The notes: generated by a model from the letters alone, not told the origin. A DNA stretch of 62,515 bases, filler included, from an uncultured bacterium (GCA_964543655.1; 4 parts of 4 records of this genome joined end to end with filler, not necessarily neighbours in it); one strand, 5' to 3'; positions 16,793-28,433 are shown, counted from the first letter of the whole stretch. Numbers and translations are program-made.

Positions 16793-18108
16793 TGGAATAT
16801 TTAAAAATATATGAGAGTAGAACAAAAACATCTAAAAAAATTTTTGAACAATTAAAAAATGTAATGCCTGGAGGAGTTTCACATAACCTGAGGTTTTACA
16901 AGCCTTACCCTGTGGTTATGAGTAAAGGTAAAGGGAGTAGAATTTTTGATGTTGATAACAACAGCTACATAGACCTATGGATGGGACACTATTCTCACAT
17001 AGCTGGTCATGCTCCTGACTTTATAACTGAAGTTAATCAATCAATGATTCAAGATGGCACCCATCTTGGCACTGTTAATCCATATGAGTTGGAACTTGCA
17101 GAAAAGATTATTTCCCATGTTCCATCAATAGAATCTTTAAGATTTTGCACATCAGGCACAGAAGCCAATATGTATGCAATAAGATTGTCAAGGGGTTACA
17201 CGCAGAAAGAGATTGTTGTAAAAATGGCTGGAGGTTGGCATGGTGCTGGCTCAGAATTGTCACGAGCAATTAAGTATCCTTATAAAAATGGTGTTAGTGG
17301 GATTTTTAAAAAAATACATAATCTGACTCAATATATATTTTTTAATGACATTGACAGAAGTTATAAAATTTTAAAAGAATTAAATGGCAATATTGCATGT
17401 ATAATTTTAGAGCCTGTTATAGGTGAAGGTGGTTTTTTACCTGCAAATAGAGAATTTCTACAATTTTTAAAAGAACAGTCCAATAAAATGGGAGCTCTTT
17501 TAATTTTTGATGAAGTTATAACAGGCTTTAGACTTGGTTTAGGTGGGGCTCAAGAAAAGTATAATATTTTACCTGATTTAACAACAATGGGTAAAATAGC
17601 TGGTGGTGGATTTAACATTGGTATTGTTGGTGGCAGAGCTGATGTTATGGAGCTTGCATCACCTGAATATAAAGGGAAAGATAAAGTATTAATAGGTGGT
17701 GGCACATTTTCAGCAACTCCATATACAATGAGGGCAGGTTATGAAATGATTAGATTTCTTGAAAGTAAAAAAGATGAGATATATGATGATATTAACAGAA
17801 AAGGGGAGTATGTTAGAGAGAAAATATCAGAATTTATTAAATCTAATAAAATTAAAGCAGCAGTTACCGGGACAGCTTCTCTCTATATGATCCACTTTCC
17901 TTTTGATTATAATATTAAAATAAATTCACCTGAAGATATAGGGGGTAGTACTGATATTAATAAAAGGGAGAATGAATTTAAAGTCAGGTTGTTAAATGAA
18001 GGTTTGCACGTTATGCATGGTGGGGGGGCTATATCTTATGCTCATTCATATAAAGACCTTGATTTTATAATAGATAAAACTTGTAAAGTTTTGTTGGAAA
18101 TGAAATAA
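16792..18108 (+). CDS. Class III PLP aminotransferase, glutamate-1-semialdehyde aminomutase-like
   Basis: MPGGV, SGTEA, FDEVITGFR, GKIAGGG, GTFS. Confidence 0.8.
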   Translation: MEYLKIYESRTKTSKKIFEQLKNVMPGGVSHNLRFYKPYPVVMSKGKGSRIFDVDNNSYIDLWMGHYSHIAGHAPDFITEVNQSMIQDGTHLGTVNPYELELAEKIISHVPSIESLRFCTSGTEANMYAIRLSRGYTQKEIVVKMAGGWHGAGSELSRAIKYPYKNGVSGIFKKIHNLTQYIFFNDIDRSYKILKELNGNIACIILEPVIGEGGFLPANREFLQFLKEQSNKMGALLIFDEVITGFRLGLGGAQEKYNILPDLTTMGKIAGGGFNIGIVGGRADVMELASPEYKGKDKVLIGGGTFSATPYTMRAGYEMIRFLESKKDEIYDDINRKGEYVREKISEFIKSNKIKAAVTGTASLYMIHFPFDYNIKINSPEDIGGSTDINKRENEFKVRLLNEGLHVMHGGGAISYAHSYKDLDFIIDKTCKVLLEMK

Positions 18109-18112
18109 TTTA

Positions 18113-18141
18113 TTGCAAAAATTGGAAAATTAATGTATTAT
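18113..18141 (+). promoter_or_regulatory. Sigma70-type promoter
   Basis: TTGCAA-17 nt-TATTAT upstream of the lipoprotein/DUF465/ilvB/clpX cluster. Confidence 0.5.
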
Positions 18142-18170
18142 TTTTTAATAAATTTTTATGGAGGGCTAAA

Positions 18171-18617
18171 ATGAGAAGAATGATTTTTATATTTATTTTA
18201 CTAACTTTTTTAATTGCCATATCAGGTTGTAAAATGGTTGAAGAGGTTACCAAAAAGGATAAGCCTGTTATTTCTAAAGTAGAAAATATGGCAAATTTTA
18301 GATTTGAAGATTTACCTGTTCCTAATAATCTTACACTTCAAAATGATGATTCTTTTGTTTATGAAACAGATAATTACAGAACAGGTATTTTAAAGTATAG
18401 AGGGAATGATAATTTTAAAAATATTGGAAATTTTTACAAGAGTGAATTACCTAAATATAACTGGAATTTAATAAGCTCCATTGAATATCAGGAAACAATG
18501 CAACTGATTTTTGATAAACCAGGGTGGATTACAGTTATATACATTGAGCAGGATGGTGGCACAGTTAATCTTACTATTACAATTGGTCCTAAATCTAATC
18601 CAATAAAAATAAAATAG
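18171..18617 (+). CDS. Conserved lipoprotein
   Basis: Lipobox ISGC; RFEDLPVP motif. Confidence 0.7.
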   Translation: MRRMIFIFILLTFLIAISGCKMVEEVTKKDKPVISKVENMANFRFEDLPVPNNLTLQNDDSFVYETDNYRTGILKYRGNDNFKNIGNFYKSELPKYNWNLISSIEYQETMQLIFDKPGWITVIYIEQDGGTVNLTITIGPKSNPIKIK

Positions 18618-18629
18618 AAGGAGGATTTT

Positions 18630-18857
18630 ATGGAAAAAACTCCTATAGTGGAAGAGTTGCTTAATATTAATGAGGAATTTAAAAAATTATGGGAAGAACA
18701 TGAAAAATTAAACAGAGTGGTTGATGAAATGTCCTCAAGGGTATATTTAAGTCCTGAGGAAGAAGTTGAGTTGAAAAGATTAAAACTTTCAAAATTAAGA
18801 GGAAAAGAAAGATTAGTTGAAATAATAGATAACTATAAACGAGAAAAAGAGAATTAG
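18630..18857 (+). CDS. DUF465/YdcH-family small coiled-coil protein
   Basis: EFKKLWEEHEKL...LSPEEEVELKRLKLSKL; SD GGAGG; upstream of ilvB. Confidence 0.75.
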   Translation: MEKTPIVEELLNINEEFKKLWEEHEKLNRVVDEMSSRVYLSPEEEVELKRLKLSKLRGKERLVEIIDNYKREKEN

Positions 18858-18872
18858 GAGGAATTTTTCCTT

Positions 18873-20570
18873 ATGAAAAATGGTGCAGAAATTTTATTGG
18901 AATGTCTGAGATTAGAGGGGGTTCAACATATTTTTGGATACCCGGGTGGAGCGGTAATAAATATTTATGATAAACTACCTGAGTATAATATGAAGCATAT
19001 ATTGGTCAGGCATGAGCAGGCTGCTGTTCATGCAGCAGATGGCTATGCAAGGGCAACAGGTAGAGTAGGGGTTTGCCTGGTTACCTCAGGCCCGGGAGCT
19101 ACGAATACAGTTACTGGTATAGCAACAGCATATATGGATTCAATTCCACTTGTTGTTTTTAGTGGACAGGTGCCTACAATGCTTATTGGAAATGATGCTT
19201 TCCAGGAAGCAGACATTGTAGGTATGACAAGACCATGCACAAAGCATAGTTATCTTGTTAAAGATGTGAAAGATTTGCCCAGAATTGTTAAAGAAGCATT
19301 TTATCTGGCAAATAGTGGTAGAAAAGGTCCAGTGCTTGTGGATTTGCCAAAAGATGTTCTTGTTTCCAAATTAAAAGATTTTTCTTATCCAGAAAAGATT
19401 AACATTATCGGTTATAGACCAACTTATGAATGCCATATTAAGCAGATTCAGAAAGCACTAACAGCAATTCTCTCTTCTAAAAAGCCTTTAATTTATATTG
19501 GTGGTGGAGTGATTTTATCAGATGCTTCATATGAGCTGAGAGATTTTGTTAAAAAAACAGGTATTCCTGTAACCTCCACTTTAATGGGACTTGGAGCTTA
19601 TCCTGCAACTGATAATCTTTTTCTGGGAATGCTCGGGATGCACGGCACATATACAGCAAATATGGCTGTTACTGATAGTGACCTTTTAATTGCAATTGGA
19701 GCAAGATTTGATGATAGAGTCACAGGTAAAATTGATGAATTTGCACCTAATGCTAAAATTATCCATATTGATATTGATCCAACTTCAATTAGTAAAAATG
19801 TTGTTGTGGATATTCCAATTGTTGGAGATGCAAAAGATGCATTAAAAAAATTTAACACTTTACTTTCAGAAGATTTTGCCGATAAATTAATAGAATTTAA
19901 AAAAGGATTACAATATTGGTACCAGAGGATTGACGAGTGGAAAAATAAGCATAAATTAAATTATGATAGAGATAGTAGCAGTATAAAGCCACAATATGTA
20001 ATTGAAAAAATTTATGAGCTAACCAAAGGTGATGCAATAATAGCCACTGAGGTTGGACAGAATCAAATGTGGACAGCTCAATTTTTTCCATTTGAGCATC
20101 CAAGAACCTTTCTAACTTCAGGTGGTTTAGGTACAATGGGTTATGGCTTTCCAGCTGCTATAGGCGCCCAGGTTGCTTTTCCAGATAAAACTGTGATTGA
20201 CATAGCAGGAGATGGAAGTATTCAGATGAATATTCAGGAGCTTGCAACAGCTGTTCAATTTAATTTGCCAGTAAAAATTATTATTTTAAATAACAATTAT
20301 CTTGGAATGGTTAGACAGTGGCAAGAACTATTTTTTGATAAAAATTATTCTGAGACAGTTATGGAAGTTGTCCCTGATTTTGTTAAATTAGCAGAAAGTT
20401 ATGGAGCAGTTGGATATACAGCTGACAAGAAAAATGATGTGGAGCCAGTTTTAAAAGAAGCTCTAAGCTCTGATAAACTTGTTATTGTTGATTTTCATGT
20501 TGATAGAGAAGAAAATGTTTATCCAATGGTTCCAGCTGGTGCGCCAATTAGCAAAATGTTGTTAGTATAG
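18873..20570 (+). CDS. ilvB: Acetolactate synthase large subunit
   Basis: [22 protein letters not shown]-binding GDGSIQMN...NN. Confidence 0.95.
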   Translation: MKNGAEILLECLRLEGVQHIFGYPGGAVINIYDKLPEYNMKHILVRHEQAAVHAADGYARATGRVGVCLVTSGPGATNTVTGIATAYMDSIPLVVFSGQVPTMLIGNDAFQEADIVGMTRPCTKHSYLVKDVKDLPRIVKEAFYLANSGRKGPVLVDLPKDVLVSKLKDFSYPEKINIIGYRPTYECHIKQIQKALTAILSSKKPLIYIGGGVILSDASYELRDFVKKTGIPVTSTLMGLGAYPATDNLFLGMLGMHGTYTANMAVTDSDLLIAIGARFDDRVTGKIDEFAPNAKIIHIDIDPTSISKNVVVDIPIVGDAKDALKKFNTLLSEDFADKLIEFKKGLQYWYQRIDEWKNKHKLNYDRDSSSIKPQYVIEKIYELTKGDAIIATEVGQNQMWTAQFFPFEHPRTFLTSGGLGTMGYGFPAAIGAQVAFPDKTVIDIAGDGSIQMNIQELATAVQFNLPVKIIILNNNYLGMVRQWQELFFDKNYSETVMEVVPDFVKLAESYGAVGYTADKKNDVEPVLKEALSSDKLVIVDFHVDREENVYPMVPAGAPISKMLLV

Positions 20571-20578
20571 GAGGTTTC

Positions 20579-21835
20579 ATGAGTTATATAGATAGAAAAA
20601 AGTGGATTAAATGCTCTTTTTGTGAAAGAGATGAGAGAGCTGTTAGAAAGTTAATAGAAGGTCCTAATGGTGTTTATATTTGTGATAAATGTGTTTCTCT
20701 ATGTAAAGAGATAATTTCAACAGAGCTTGAGAAAGAGAAGATTGATAATTTGAAAAAGATTCTTTTAAAACCTGCTGAAATTAAAGAAAAACTTGATGAA
20801 TACGTAATTGGTCAGGAGGAAGCTAAGAGAAAATTAGCAGTTGCTGTTTATAATCATTACAAAAGAATAAATTATAAAAAAGATGAATCAGATGAAAATG
20901 ATATTGAAATAGAGAAAAGCAATATTTTATTAATAGGACCAACAGGTTGCGGTAAAACTTTACTTGCAAGAACACTTGCAAAGCTCCTTGATGTTCCATT
21001 TGCAATTGCAGATGCAACCACTCTTACAGAAGCTGGATATGTTGGTGAAGATGTTGAAAATGTGCTTGTTAATCTGTTTCAAGCTGCTAACTATGATATT
21101 GAAAAAACAGAGAAGGGTATTATATATATTGATGAAATTGATAAAATTGCAAGAAAATCTTATAGCCCTTCAATTACAAGAGATGTTTCAGGTGAAGGTG
21201 TGCAGCAGGCTTTACTTAAAATTTTAGAAGGTACCATTTCAAATATTCCACCAAAAGGTGGTAGAAAGCATCCTAATCAGGAATTTATCAAAATTGATAC
21301 AACAAATATTTTATTTATAGTTGGAGGAGCGTTTGTTGGGCTTGAGGAAATTATAGAACGACGTATTGGTGAAAAGAGCATTGGCTTTCAAGGTAAACCC
21401 AAAACAAGCAAAGAAAAATTGAAAAAAGGGATACTTCAAAAACTTGAGCCTGAAGATTTAATACAGTATGGTCTTATTCCTGAATTAGTTGGAAGAATTC
21501 CAGTAGTTGCAACATTGCAGGATCTCGATGAAGATGCTCTTGTAAAAATATTAGTAGAGCCAAAAAATTCTGTTATAAAACAGTATCAGAAATTGCTTGA
21601 ATTTGACAATGTAAAATTAACCTTTTCAGATAGTGCTCTTAGAGAAATTGCAAGGAAATCAATTGAAAGAAAAACAGGTGCACGGGGTTTAAGAGCAATA
21701 GTTGAATCAATAATGACTGATATTATGTTTGAAGTTCCTTCTAAATCCAATATCAGGGAAATTATTATAAATGAAGAGGTTGTGAAAAATAATAGTCAGC
21801 CAATATTTATTTATGAAGAAAGTAAGATAGCTTAA
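20579..21835 (+). CDS. clpX: ATP-dependent Clp protease ATPase subunit
   Basis: Zinc finger CSFC...[29 protein letters not shown] loop. Confidence 0.97.
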   Translation: MSYIDRKKWIKCSFCERDERAVRKLIEGPNGVYICDKCVSLCKEIISTELEKEKIDNLKKILLKPAEIKEKLDEYVIGQEEAKRKLAVAVYNHYKRINYKKDESDENDIEIEKSNILLIGPTGCGKTLLARTLAKLLDVPFAIADATTLTEAGYVGEDVENVLVNLFQAANYDIEKTEKGIIYIDEIDKIARKSYSPSITRDVSGEGVQQALLKILEGTISNIPPKGGRKHPNQEFIKIDTTNILFIVGGAFVGLEEIIERRIGEKSIGFQGKPKTSKEKLKKGILQKLEPEDLIQYGLIPELVGRIPVVATLQDLDEDALVKILVEPKNSVIKQYQKLLEFDNVKLTFSDSALREIARKSIERKTGARGLRAIVESIMTDIMFEVPSKSNIREIIINEEVVKNNSQPIFIYEESKIA

Positions 21836-21857
21836 ATTGAAAAAAATTTTTAATTTA

Positions 21858-21895
21858 TAGCCCCCTTTTTTTCATTAAAAAGGGGGTTATTTTTT
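21858..21895 (+). terminator. Hairpin/terminator between clpX and lon
   Basis: TAGCCCCCTTTTT...AAAAAGGGGGTTA followed by a T run. Confidence 0.6.
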
Positions 21896-21910
21896 GAGAG
21901 GTGATAATAG

Positions 21911-24334
21911 ATGAAATACCCATACTTGCCATTAAGAGATTTTGTCCTTTTACCAGGTCAGAAAGAGACTCTATTTTTTGGACGGAAAAAGTCAATTGCA
22001 GCTATTGAGTATGCAATTGAGGAAAATAGTTTACTTGTTATTTCAGCACAGAAGAATCCAAAAGATAGTAATCCAGGATTAGAGGATATTTTTTTAAAAG
22101 GAGTTACTATAGAAATAAAGCAGGTTGTTAAACTTACTGATGGAACATTTAAAGTTACTTTAATAGGGAGAGAGCTTTTTAATATTGAGAAGTTATATGA
22201 TAGAGATATTCTATATGTTGAAGGTGAAGTTATTAAAGAGGTGTACAACTGGGATAAAGATAAAACTGAAGTTGAAGCTGTAATGAGGAATATTATTACA
22301 ATTTTTCAGCAATATGCAAAATTAAATCCAGCTATGAATATAGAAGATGTTATTGATATAGTTTCCACAGACAATCCTTATAAATTGTGTTATGAAATTG
22401 GTGCAAAGTTAAATCTTAAAGTAAAAGAGAAACAGGCATTGCTTGAGTTTGACTCAATTACAAAAAAGCTCGAACATATTTATGCATTGTTACTTTCTGA
22501 AATAGAAATTATTCAAATAGATAAAAAAATTAAAGAAAAGGTTAAAAATCAAATTTCAAAAACTCATAAAGAGGTCTATCTTCAGGAACAGCTTAATGCA
22601 ATTCAGAATGAACTGGGAATGAAAGTTGACCCAAAATCAGATATTTTAGAGCTTGAAAAAAGATTAAACAACCTGAATTTGCCAGAAGAAGTTAGAAACA
22701 AAGTTAATGAAGAATTAAGAAAATTAAAGCTTAGCCATCCAGCTTCTGGAGAAACTACCATTATTAGAAATTATCTTGAATGGATAGTGGAAATTCCCTG
22801 GAATCTGTTTACTGAGGATGAAAAAGATTTAAACAAAGTTGAAGACATTTTAAATGAAGATCATTATGGACTTGAGAAAGTTAAAGATAGAATTGTTGAA
22901 TATATTGCTGTAAAATTGCTTTCAGAGTCAAATAATTCTCCAATTTTATGTTTTGTTGGGCCACCAGGTGTTGGTAAAACTTCACTTGGTAAATCAATAG
23001 CAAGAGCATTGAATAGGAATTTTGTTAGAATGTCACTTGGTGGTGTAAAAGATGAAGCAGAAATAAGAGGCCACAGAAGAACTTACTTAGGGGCATTACC
23101 AGGGAAAATAATACATTCAATGAAAAAAGCCAAATCATCAAATCCAGTATTTCTCCTTGATGAGATAGATAAAATTAGCTCTGATTACAGAGGTGATCCT
23201 GCTTCTGCTCTTCTGGAAGTTTTAGACCCGGAGCAGAATCATACTTTTAATGATCACTATCTATCAGTTGATTATGATCTTTCCAATGTTTTATTTATTG
23301 CTACTGCTAATTATATTGAGAATATTCCTATTCCTCTTAGGGATAGAATGGAAATAATTAGAATTGAAGGTTATACTGAATTTGAAAAACTTGAAATTGC
23401 AAAGCAGTATCTTATACCAAATCTATTGAAAGATACAGGACTAATAGATAAAGTTGAAATAAAGTTTAGTGATGAAGCAATTCTTTCAATAATCAGGCAT
23501 TATACAAGGGAAGCTGGTGTTAGAAATTTAAAAAGAAAGCTTGAAAAGATTTTAAGGAAAATTGCAAAATCTTACATTAAAGGTGAAATTAAAACAGCAA
23601 GTAAATCAATTACCAAAAAAAATATCAGCAAATATCTTGGAGTAGAAAGATTCAGGAAAGAGAATTATAAAATGGTTTCGAAAGTAGGTGTTACCAATGG
23701 CCTTGCATGGACTCAATCTGGAGGTGAGATATTATCAATAGAAGCATCAATAGTTAAAGGTACTGGAAATGTTCAGATTACTGGCAAACTTGGTGAAGTA
23801 ATGCAGGAGTCTGTTAAAACTGCTCTAACATATGTTAGAACCAGGGCAGATGTTTTTGGATTAATTGATGATTTTTACAAGAATCTTGACTTCCATATAC
23901 ATGTGCCAGAAGGTGCTGTGCCAAAGGATGGCCCATCAGCAGGCATTACAATTGCTACTTCAATTATTTCAGCATTAACAGGTATTCCTGTTAAAGGAAA
24001 TATAGCAATGACAGGAGAGATTACATTACGTGGCAATATATTACCAATTGGTGGATTAAAAGAGAAGCTTTTAGCAGCAAGGAGGCATGGAATAACAAAT
24101 GTTATTATTCCTGAAAAAAATAGGCCTGATATAGATGAAATTCCAGAAGAGATTCTCACTGGATTAAACATAATTCTCCTTGAAAATATGGATGACGTGG
24201 TGATTGAAGCTCTTCACATGGAAAAAGAGCAGAGGGAAAAGTTGGAGAAAGAGATAAAAAATGGAATATCTCACAGAAAAATTGCAAAATTAATCAATCG
24301 TGATTATTTTTTTAGTTCAATTTCAAAACATTAA
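21911..24334 (+). CDS. lon: Lon protease
   Basis: GPPGVGKTS; PKDGPSAG catalytic Ser; GGLKEK. Confidence 0.97.
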   Translation: MKYPYLPLRDFVLLPGQKETLFFGRKKSIAAIEYAIEENSLLVISAQKNPKDSNPGLEDIFLKGVTIEIKQVVKLTDGTFKVTLIGRELFNIEKLYDRDILYVEGEVIKEVYNWDKDKTEVEAVMRNIITIFQQYAKLNPAMNIEDVIDIVSTDNPYKLCYEIGAKLNLKVKEKQALLEFDSITKKLEHIYALLLSEIEIIQIDKKIKEKVKNQISKTHKEVYLQEQLNAIQNELGMKVDPKSDILELEKRLNNLNLPEEVRNKVNEELRKLKLSHPASGETTIIRNYLEWIVEIPWNLFTEDEKDLNKVEDILNEDHYGLEKVKDRIVEYIAVKLLSESNNSPILCFVGPPGVGKTSLGKSIARALNRNFVRMSLGGVKDEAEIRGHRRTYLGALPGKIIHSMKKAKSSNPVFLLDEIDKISSDYRGDPASALLEVLDPEQNHTFNDHYLSVDYDLSNVLFIATANYIENIPIPLRDRMEIIRIEGYTEFEKLEIAKQYLIPNLLKDTGLIDKVEIKFSDEAILSIIRHYTREAGVRNLKRKLEKILRKIAKSYIKGEIKTASKSITKKNISKYLGVERFRKENYKMVSKVGVTNGLAWTQSGGEILSIEASIVKGTGNVQITGKLGEVMQESVKTALTYVRTRADVFGLIDDFYKNLDFHIHVPEGAVPKDGPSAGITIATSIISALTGIPVKGNIAMTGEITLRGNILPIGGLKEKLLAARRHGITNVIIPEKNRPDIDEIPEEILTGLNIILLENMDDVVIEALHMEKEQREKLEKEIKNGISHRKIAKLINRDYFFSSISKH

Positions 24335-24364
24335 TCAAATCTCCTCTATTAGAGGAGATTTGAT
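24334..24364. terminator. Bidirectional hairpin between convergent lon and trxA
   Basis: ATCAAATCTCCTCT-ATT-AGAGGAGATTTGAT, a perfect 14-bp inverted repeat. Confidence 0.75.
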
Positions 24365-24368
24365 ATTT

Positions 24369-24608
24369 CTATGATAAAACCTTGTCAATAAGCTCTTTAA
24401 TCTGCTCTTTTGCAACAAGACCAACTGACTGCTCAACAACTTTACCATCTTTAAAAAATAGAATTGTAGGAATACCTTTAATTCCATATTCCATAGCTGT
24501 TTTCTGATTTTCATCAACATTTAATTTGCAAATATTAATTTTATCTGAGTATTCTTCTGCAATATCATCTATTACTGGTGCAAGAGCAAGGCATGGTCCA
24601 CACCAAGA
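24369..24608 (-). CDS. trxA: Thioredoxin, 5'-truncated by the contig end
   Basis: Not in the ORF track. Translation SWCGPCLALAPVIDDIAEEYSDKINICKLNVDENQKTAMEYGIKGIPTILFFKDGKVVEQSVGLVAKEQIKELIDKVLS, ending in TAG. Confidence 0.93.
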   Translation of the reverse strand, partial: SWCGPCLALAPVIDDIAEEYSDKINICKLNVDENQKTAMEYGIKGIPTILFFKDGKVVEQSVGLVAKEQIKELIDKVLS

Positions 24609-24708
24609 NNNNNNNNNNNNNNNNNNNNNNNNNNNNNNNNNNNNNNNNNNNNTTAATTAATTAANNNNNNNNNNNNNNNNNNNNNNNNNNNNNNNNNNNN
24701 NNNNNNNN
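24609..24708. other. Artificial contig spacer
   Basis: N run containing the six-frame stop linker TTAATTAATTAA. Confidence 0.97.
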
Positions 24709-24747
24709 CCAAAATATATCATGCGTATAGATGGTGGATGGAGTAAA

Positions 24748-26205
24748 ATGAAAAATATTATTAGCCTTGTAATTGAAGGCACATATCCTTATGTATCAGG
24801 TGGTGTGGCTACTTGGATTCATCAGATAATATCAAAACTTCCTGAATTTGATTTTTATCTAATTGTGTTACTTGCCAAAAGGGAAGATGCCAAAACAATG
24901 AAATATACTTTACCAGATAATGTAAAAGGTATTTATCATATTTTTCTTCAAGAATACCCTGAACGGCCTATTTTTTTTCCAAGAAAATTAAAAGGTAGAA
25001 AACTAATTGAAAAATGGTTAAACAATTTTTCCTACGAATCATTTGTTGATATTGTAAAATTTTATTATTACATAAAAAATAAAAATAGAATTATTGTTGA
25101 AAGCCTTTATTCAAAAGAATCTTTTTTAATTCAGGAAAAAATTTATAAAATGTTAAAAACAGAAGCCTCATTTATAAACTTTTTCTGGAATTTACGTTCT
25201 CTAATTATTAATGTGTTAAATGTTTTTGCTGCTAATCCAGAGATTTGTAAAGTTGTACATACAATATCTACTGGCTTTGCTGGGCTTCTTGCGTCAATAT
25301 TAAAGATAGCCAATACTGAAGTATCCATGCTTCTTACAGAGCATGGTATTTACACAAGGGAGAGGGATATTGAAATATCAGTTGGTGTATGGCCAGATAC
25401 AGACCCTGATAATTACAGACCAGATGAGGGACTTGGAGCTTTTAAAGAAATGTGGAGAGAAAGTTTTTTCTATTTTTCAAAAATATGTTATTACACTGCT
25501 GATAAAATTATTACCTTAAATGAAAAAAATCGTGCTATAGAAATTGAGCAAGGAGCTGCTCCTGAAAAAACAATGGTGATAAGAAATGGTATTAATCTTT
25601 CAAAATACAGATTCAGGCATAGAAAAAAAATGTCTGAACCTCCTATAATAGGTTTTCTTGGAAGAATTGTAAAAATTAAAGATGTAAAAACTTTAATTCG
25701 TGCAGCAAAAATTGTTATTCAAAAAAGACCTGGAACTATTTTCAAAATAGCTGGCCCATATGATGAGGACCCTGAATACTTTGAAGAGTGCAGGCAGCTT
25801 GTAAAAATGTTGCTCATGGAAGATAACGTTAAATTTTTAGGTAGAGTTGATGCTGTTTCTTTTTTTGAAGAAATCGATCTACTGCTGCTCACATCAATTT
25901 CTGAAGGACAGCCACTTGTAATTGCTGAAGCAGCAAGCTGTGGTGTTCCATCTGTTGCAACTGATGTTGGAGGATGCAGAGAAATGCTTTATGGTGGTGG
26001 TGATGATAAGTTAGGAAAATCAGGACTTATTGCAGAGCAGGCAAATACCAATGATATTGCAAATGCAATATTGAGGTTTATTTATGATAATGAGTTTTAT
26101 TCAAAATGCTCAATTATAGGAAGAGAAAGGGTTGAAAAGTTTTACAATGAGGAACATTTAATAAAAAAATATAGGGAGATATATTCAGCTTATTTAACAT
26201 GTTAA
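24748..26205 (+). CDS. pelF: GT4 glycosyltransferase, Pel polysaccharide synthase type
   Basis: EGTYPYVSGGVATW, STGFAG, LLTEHGIYTRER, GRIVKIKDVKT, SISEGQPL. Start taken at ATG 24748 after GGAG. Confidence 0.88.
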   Translation: MKNIISLVIEGTYPYVSGGVATWIHQIISKLPEFDFYLIVLLAKREDAKTMKYTLPDNVKGIYHIFLQEYPERPIFFPRKLKGRKLIEKWLNNFSYESFVDIVKFYYYIKNKNRIIVESLYSKESFLIQEKIYKMLKTEASFINFFWNLRSLIINVLNVFAANPEICKVVHTISTGFAGLLASILKIANTEVSMLLTEHGIYTRERDIEISVGVWPDTDPDNYRPDEGLGAFKEMWRESFFYFSKICYYTADKIITLNEKNRAIEIEQGAAPEKTMVIRNGINLSKYRFRHRKKMSEPPIIGFLGRIVKIKDVKTLIRAAKIVIQKRPGTIFKIAGPYDEDPEYFEECRQLVKMLLMEDNVKFLGRVDAVSFFEEIDLLLLTSISEGQPLVIAEAASCGVPSVATDVGGCREMLYGGGDDKLGKSGLIAEQANTNDIANAILRFIYDNEFYSKCSIIGRERVEKFYNEEHLIKKYREIYSAYLTC

Positions 26206-27170
26206 TTTTAAAATTTTTTTCATATATTTTTCTTTTCTTTGTTAAAGTAAGATTATTTCTCTATGAATCTGGGATATTAAAATCATACAAAATAAAAGAT
26301 GTAAAAGTTATCTCAGTTGGAAATATATCCCTTGGTGGCACAGGGAAAACACCAGTGACAATTGAAATTGCCAAAAATCTTTTAACAAATGGTTATAAGA
26401 TTTCTGTACTTCTTAGAGGTTACAAAAGAAAAGATAAAGGAGAGATTTTAACTGTTTCTGATGGTAAAAAAATATTTTACACCGCTGAGCAATGTGGTGA
26501 TGAAGCATATTTAATTGCAAAAAAATTAAAATGTCCTGTTGTTGTCTCTAAAAATAGGATAAAAGGAGCAAAGTATTTAAAAGAGAAATTTCAGGTTGAT
26601 TTTATTATCCTTGATGATGGATTTCAACATTTAAAATTGCAAAGAGACATTGACATTGTCCTTGTTACACAGAAATCATTAAATGAAAAAGTTTTTCTCC
26701 TACCTGCCAAAAAATATAGAGAACCAATATCTCATTTAAAAAGAGCATCATTTATAGTGGTTACCAAAATTTACAATAGAAAAAAATTAAAAATTAACTG
26801 CTTATTATTAAAACATTTAATAAATAGAAAAGTTTATGTAGCTGAAATTATTTTAAATAACTTTATTGATATTAATGGTAATTTAATAGATAAAAATTTA
26901 TTCAAAGGTAAAAAAGTTGCTATTTTTTGTGGAATTGCTCAGCCAGAATATTTTGAAAAACTTTTAATTGAGAATCAAATAATAGTTAAGGAAAAAATTT
27001 ATTTCCCTGACCATCACTTTTTTTCGGAGAAAGATTACAGGAGGTTAAATTCAATTGAAAATTATCCACTTATAACAACTGAAAAAGATATTGTAAAATT
27101 AAATTTAAATAAATTAAAAACTACTCTCTATGTTGCAGATATTTCATATAAATTTTTTAAAATAGTTTGA
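26199..27170 (+). CDS. lpxK: Tetraacyldisaccharide 4'-kinase
   Basis: SVGNISLGGTGKTP, GDEA, LDDGFQH, FPDHH, TTEKD. Confidence 0.93.
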   Translation: MLILKFFSYIFLFFVKVRLFLYESGILKSYKIKDVKVISVGNISLGGTGKTPVTIEIAKNLLTNGYKISVLLRGYKRKDKGEILTVSDGKKIFYTAEQCGDEAYLIAKKLKCPVVVSKNRIKGAKYLKEKFQVDFIILDDGFQHLKLQRDIDIVLVTQKSLNEKVFLLPAKKYREPISHLKRASFIVVTKIYNRKKLKINCLLLKHLINRKVYVAEIILNNFIDINGNLIDKNLFKGKKVAIFCGIAQPEYFEKLLIENQIIVKEKIYFPDHHFFSEKDYRRLNSIENYPLITTEKDIVKLNLNKLKTTLYVADISYKFFKIV

Positions 27171-27245
27171 TTTTTAATCTATATTTTGTTACTCTATCTT
27201 TTTAATAAAAATTAAAATTACAATCAGTTTATAAGGAGGCAAAAT

Positions 27246-28433
27246 ATGAAAATAAATAAAATAGTTCTTGCATACTCTGGTGGCTTAGATACCTCTGTAA
27301 TTTTAAAATGGTTAAAAGAAACATACAATTGCGAGGTAATTGCATTTGCAGCAGATTTGGGACAGGGCAAAGAGCTTGAAGGAATCAAAGAAAAAGCATT
27401 AAAAACAGGCGCAAGTAAAGTTTATGTTGAAAATTTAAAAGAAGAATTTGTTAGAGATTATGTATTTCCCATGTTTCAAGGTGCAGCTATCTATGAGAAC
27501 TATTACCTGCTTGGTACTTCAATTGCCAGACCATTAATTGCAAAAAAGCAGATAGAAATAGCAGAAAAAGAAGGAGCTGATGCAGTATGCCATGGAGCCA
27601 CAGGTAAAGGCAACGATCAGGTAAGATTTGAGTTGACCTATTATGCGTTGAATCCAAATATCAAAGTTATTGCACCATGGCGAATTTGGGACTTAAACTC
27701 AAGGGAGAAATTAATAGATTTTGCTAAAAAACATAATATCCCTATTCCTGTTACCAAAGAAAAACCATACAGCAGTGATAGAAACTTACTTCATATTAGC
27801 TTTGAAGGTGGTATTTTGGAAGATCCCTGGAATGAGCCAGATGAAGATATGTTTGTTATGAGTGTATCTCCAGAAAAAGCACCTGATAAACCTGAATATT
27901 TGGAAATATTTTTTGAAAAAGGCATACCTGTTTCTATTAATGGAGAAAATCTATCTCCTGCAAACCTTCTTGAAAAATTAAATGAATTAGGTGGCAAACA
28001 TGGAATTGGCAGAATTGATATTGTGGAAAATAGATTTGTTGGGATGAAATCAAGAGGTGTTTATGAAACACCTGGTGGGACAATCCTCTATCATGCCCAT
28101 AGGGCTATAGAATCAATTACAATGGATAGAGAAGTTATGCATATTAGAGATTCTCTTGTGCCAAAATATTCAGAATTAATATACAATGGTTTCTGGTTCT
28201 CTCCAGAGAGGGAAATGTTGCAAAAGCTCATTGATGAAACCCAGAAAAATGTTACAGGCACAGTTAAAGTTAAATTATACAAAGGCAATGTTATAATAGC
28301 AGGGAGAAAATCTGATTATTCATTATACAATCCAGAGATTGCCACTTTTGAAGAGGACAATGTTTATAATCAAGCTGATGCAGAAGGATTTATTAAATTA
28401 AACTCTCTCAGGTTAAGATTAAAAAATGATTAA
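27246..28433 (+). CDS. argG: Argininosuccinate synthase
   Basis: [33 protein letters not shown]. Confidence 0.97.
   Translation: MKINKIVLAYSGGLDTSVILKWLKETYNCEVIAFAADLGQGKELEGIKEKALKTGASKVYVENLKEEFVRDYVFPMFQGAAIYENYYLLGTSIARPLIAKKQIEIAEKEGADAVCHGATGKGNDQVRFELTYYALNPNIKVIAPWRIWDLNSREKLIDFAKKHNIPIPVTKEKPYSSDRNLLHISFEGGILEDPWNEPDEDMFVMSVSPEKAPDKPEYLEIFFEKGIPVSINGENLSPANLLEKLNELGGKHGIGRIDIVENRFVGMKSRGVYETPGGTILYHAHRAIESITMDREVMHIRDSLVPKYSELIYNGFWFSPEREMLQKLIDETQKNVTGTVKVKLYKGNVIIAGRKSDYSLYNPEIATFEEDNVYNQADAEGFIKLNSLRLRLKND

Noticed and set aside
24335-24520. 61-aa minus-strand ORF from the track
   Set aside because: Out-of-frame overlap with the real thioredoxin gene.
24609-24708. TTAATTAATTAA motif repeated three times within N runs
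   Set aside because: Artificial six-frame stop linker joining contigs. It is not biological, and adjacency across it is not evidence of linkage.
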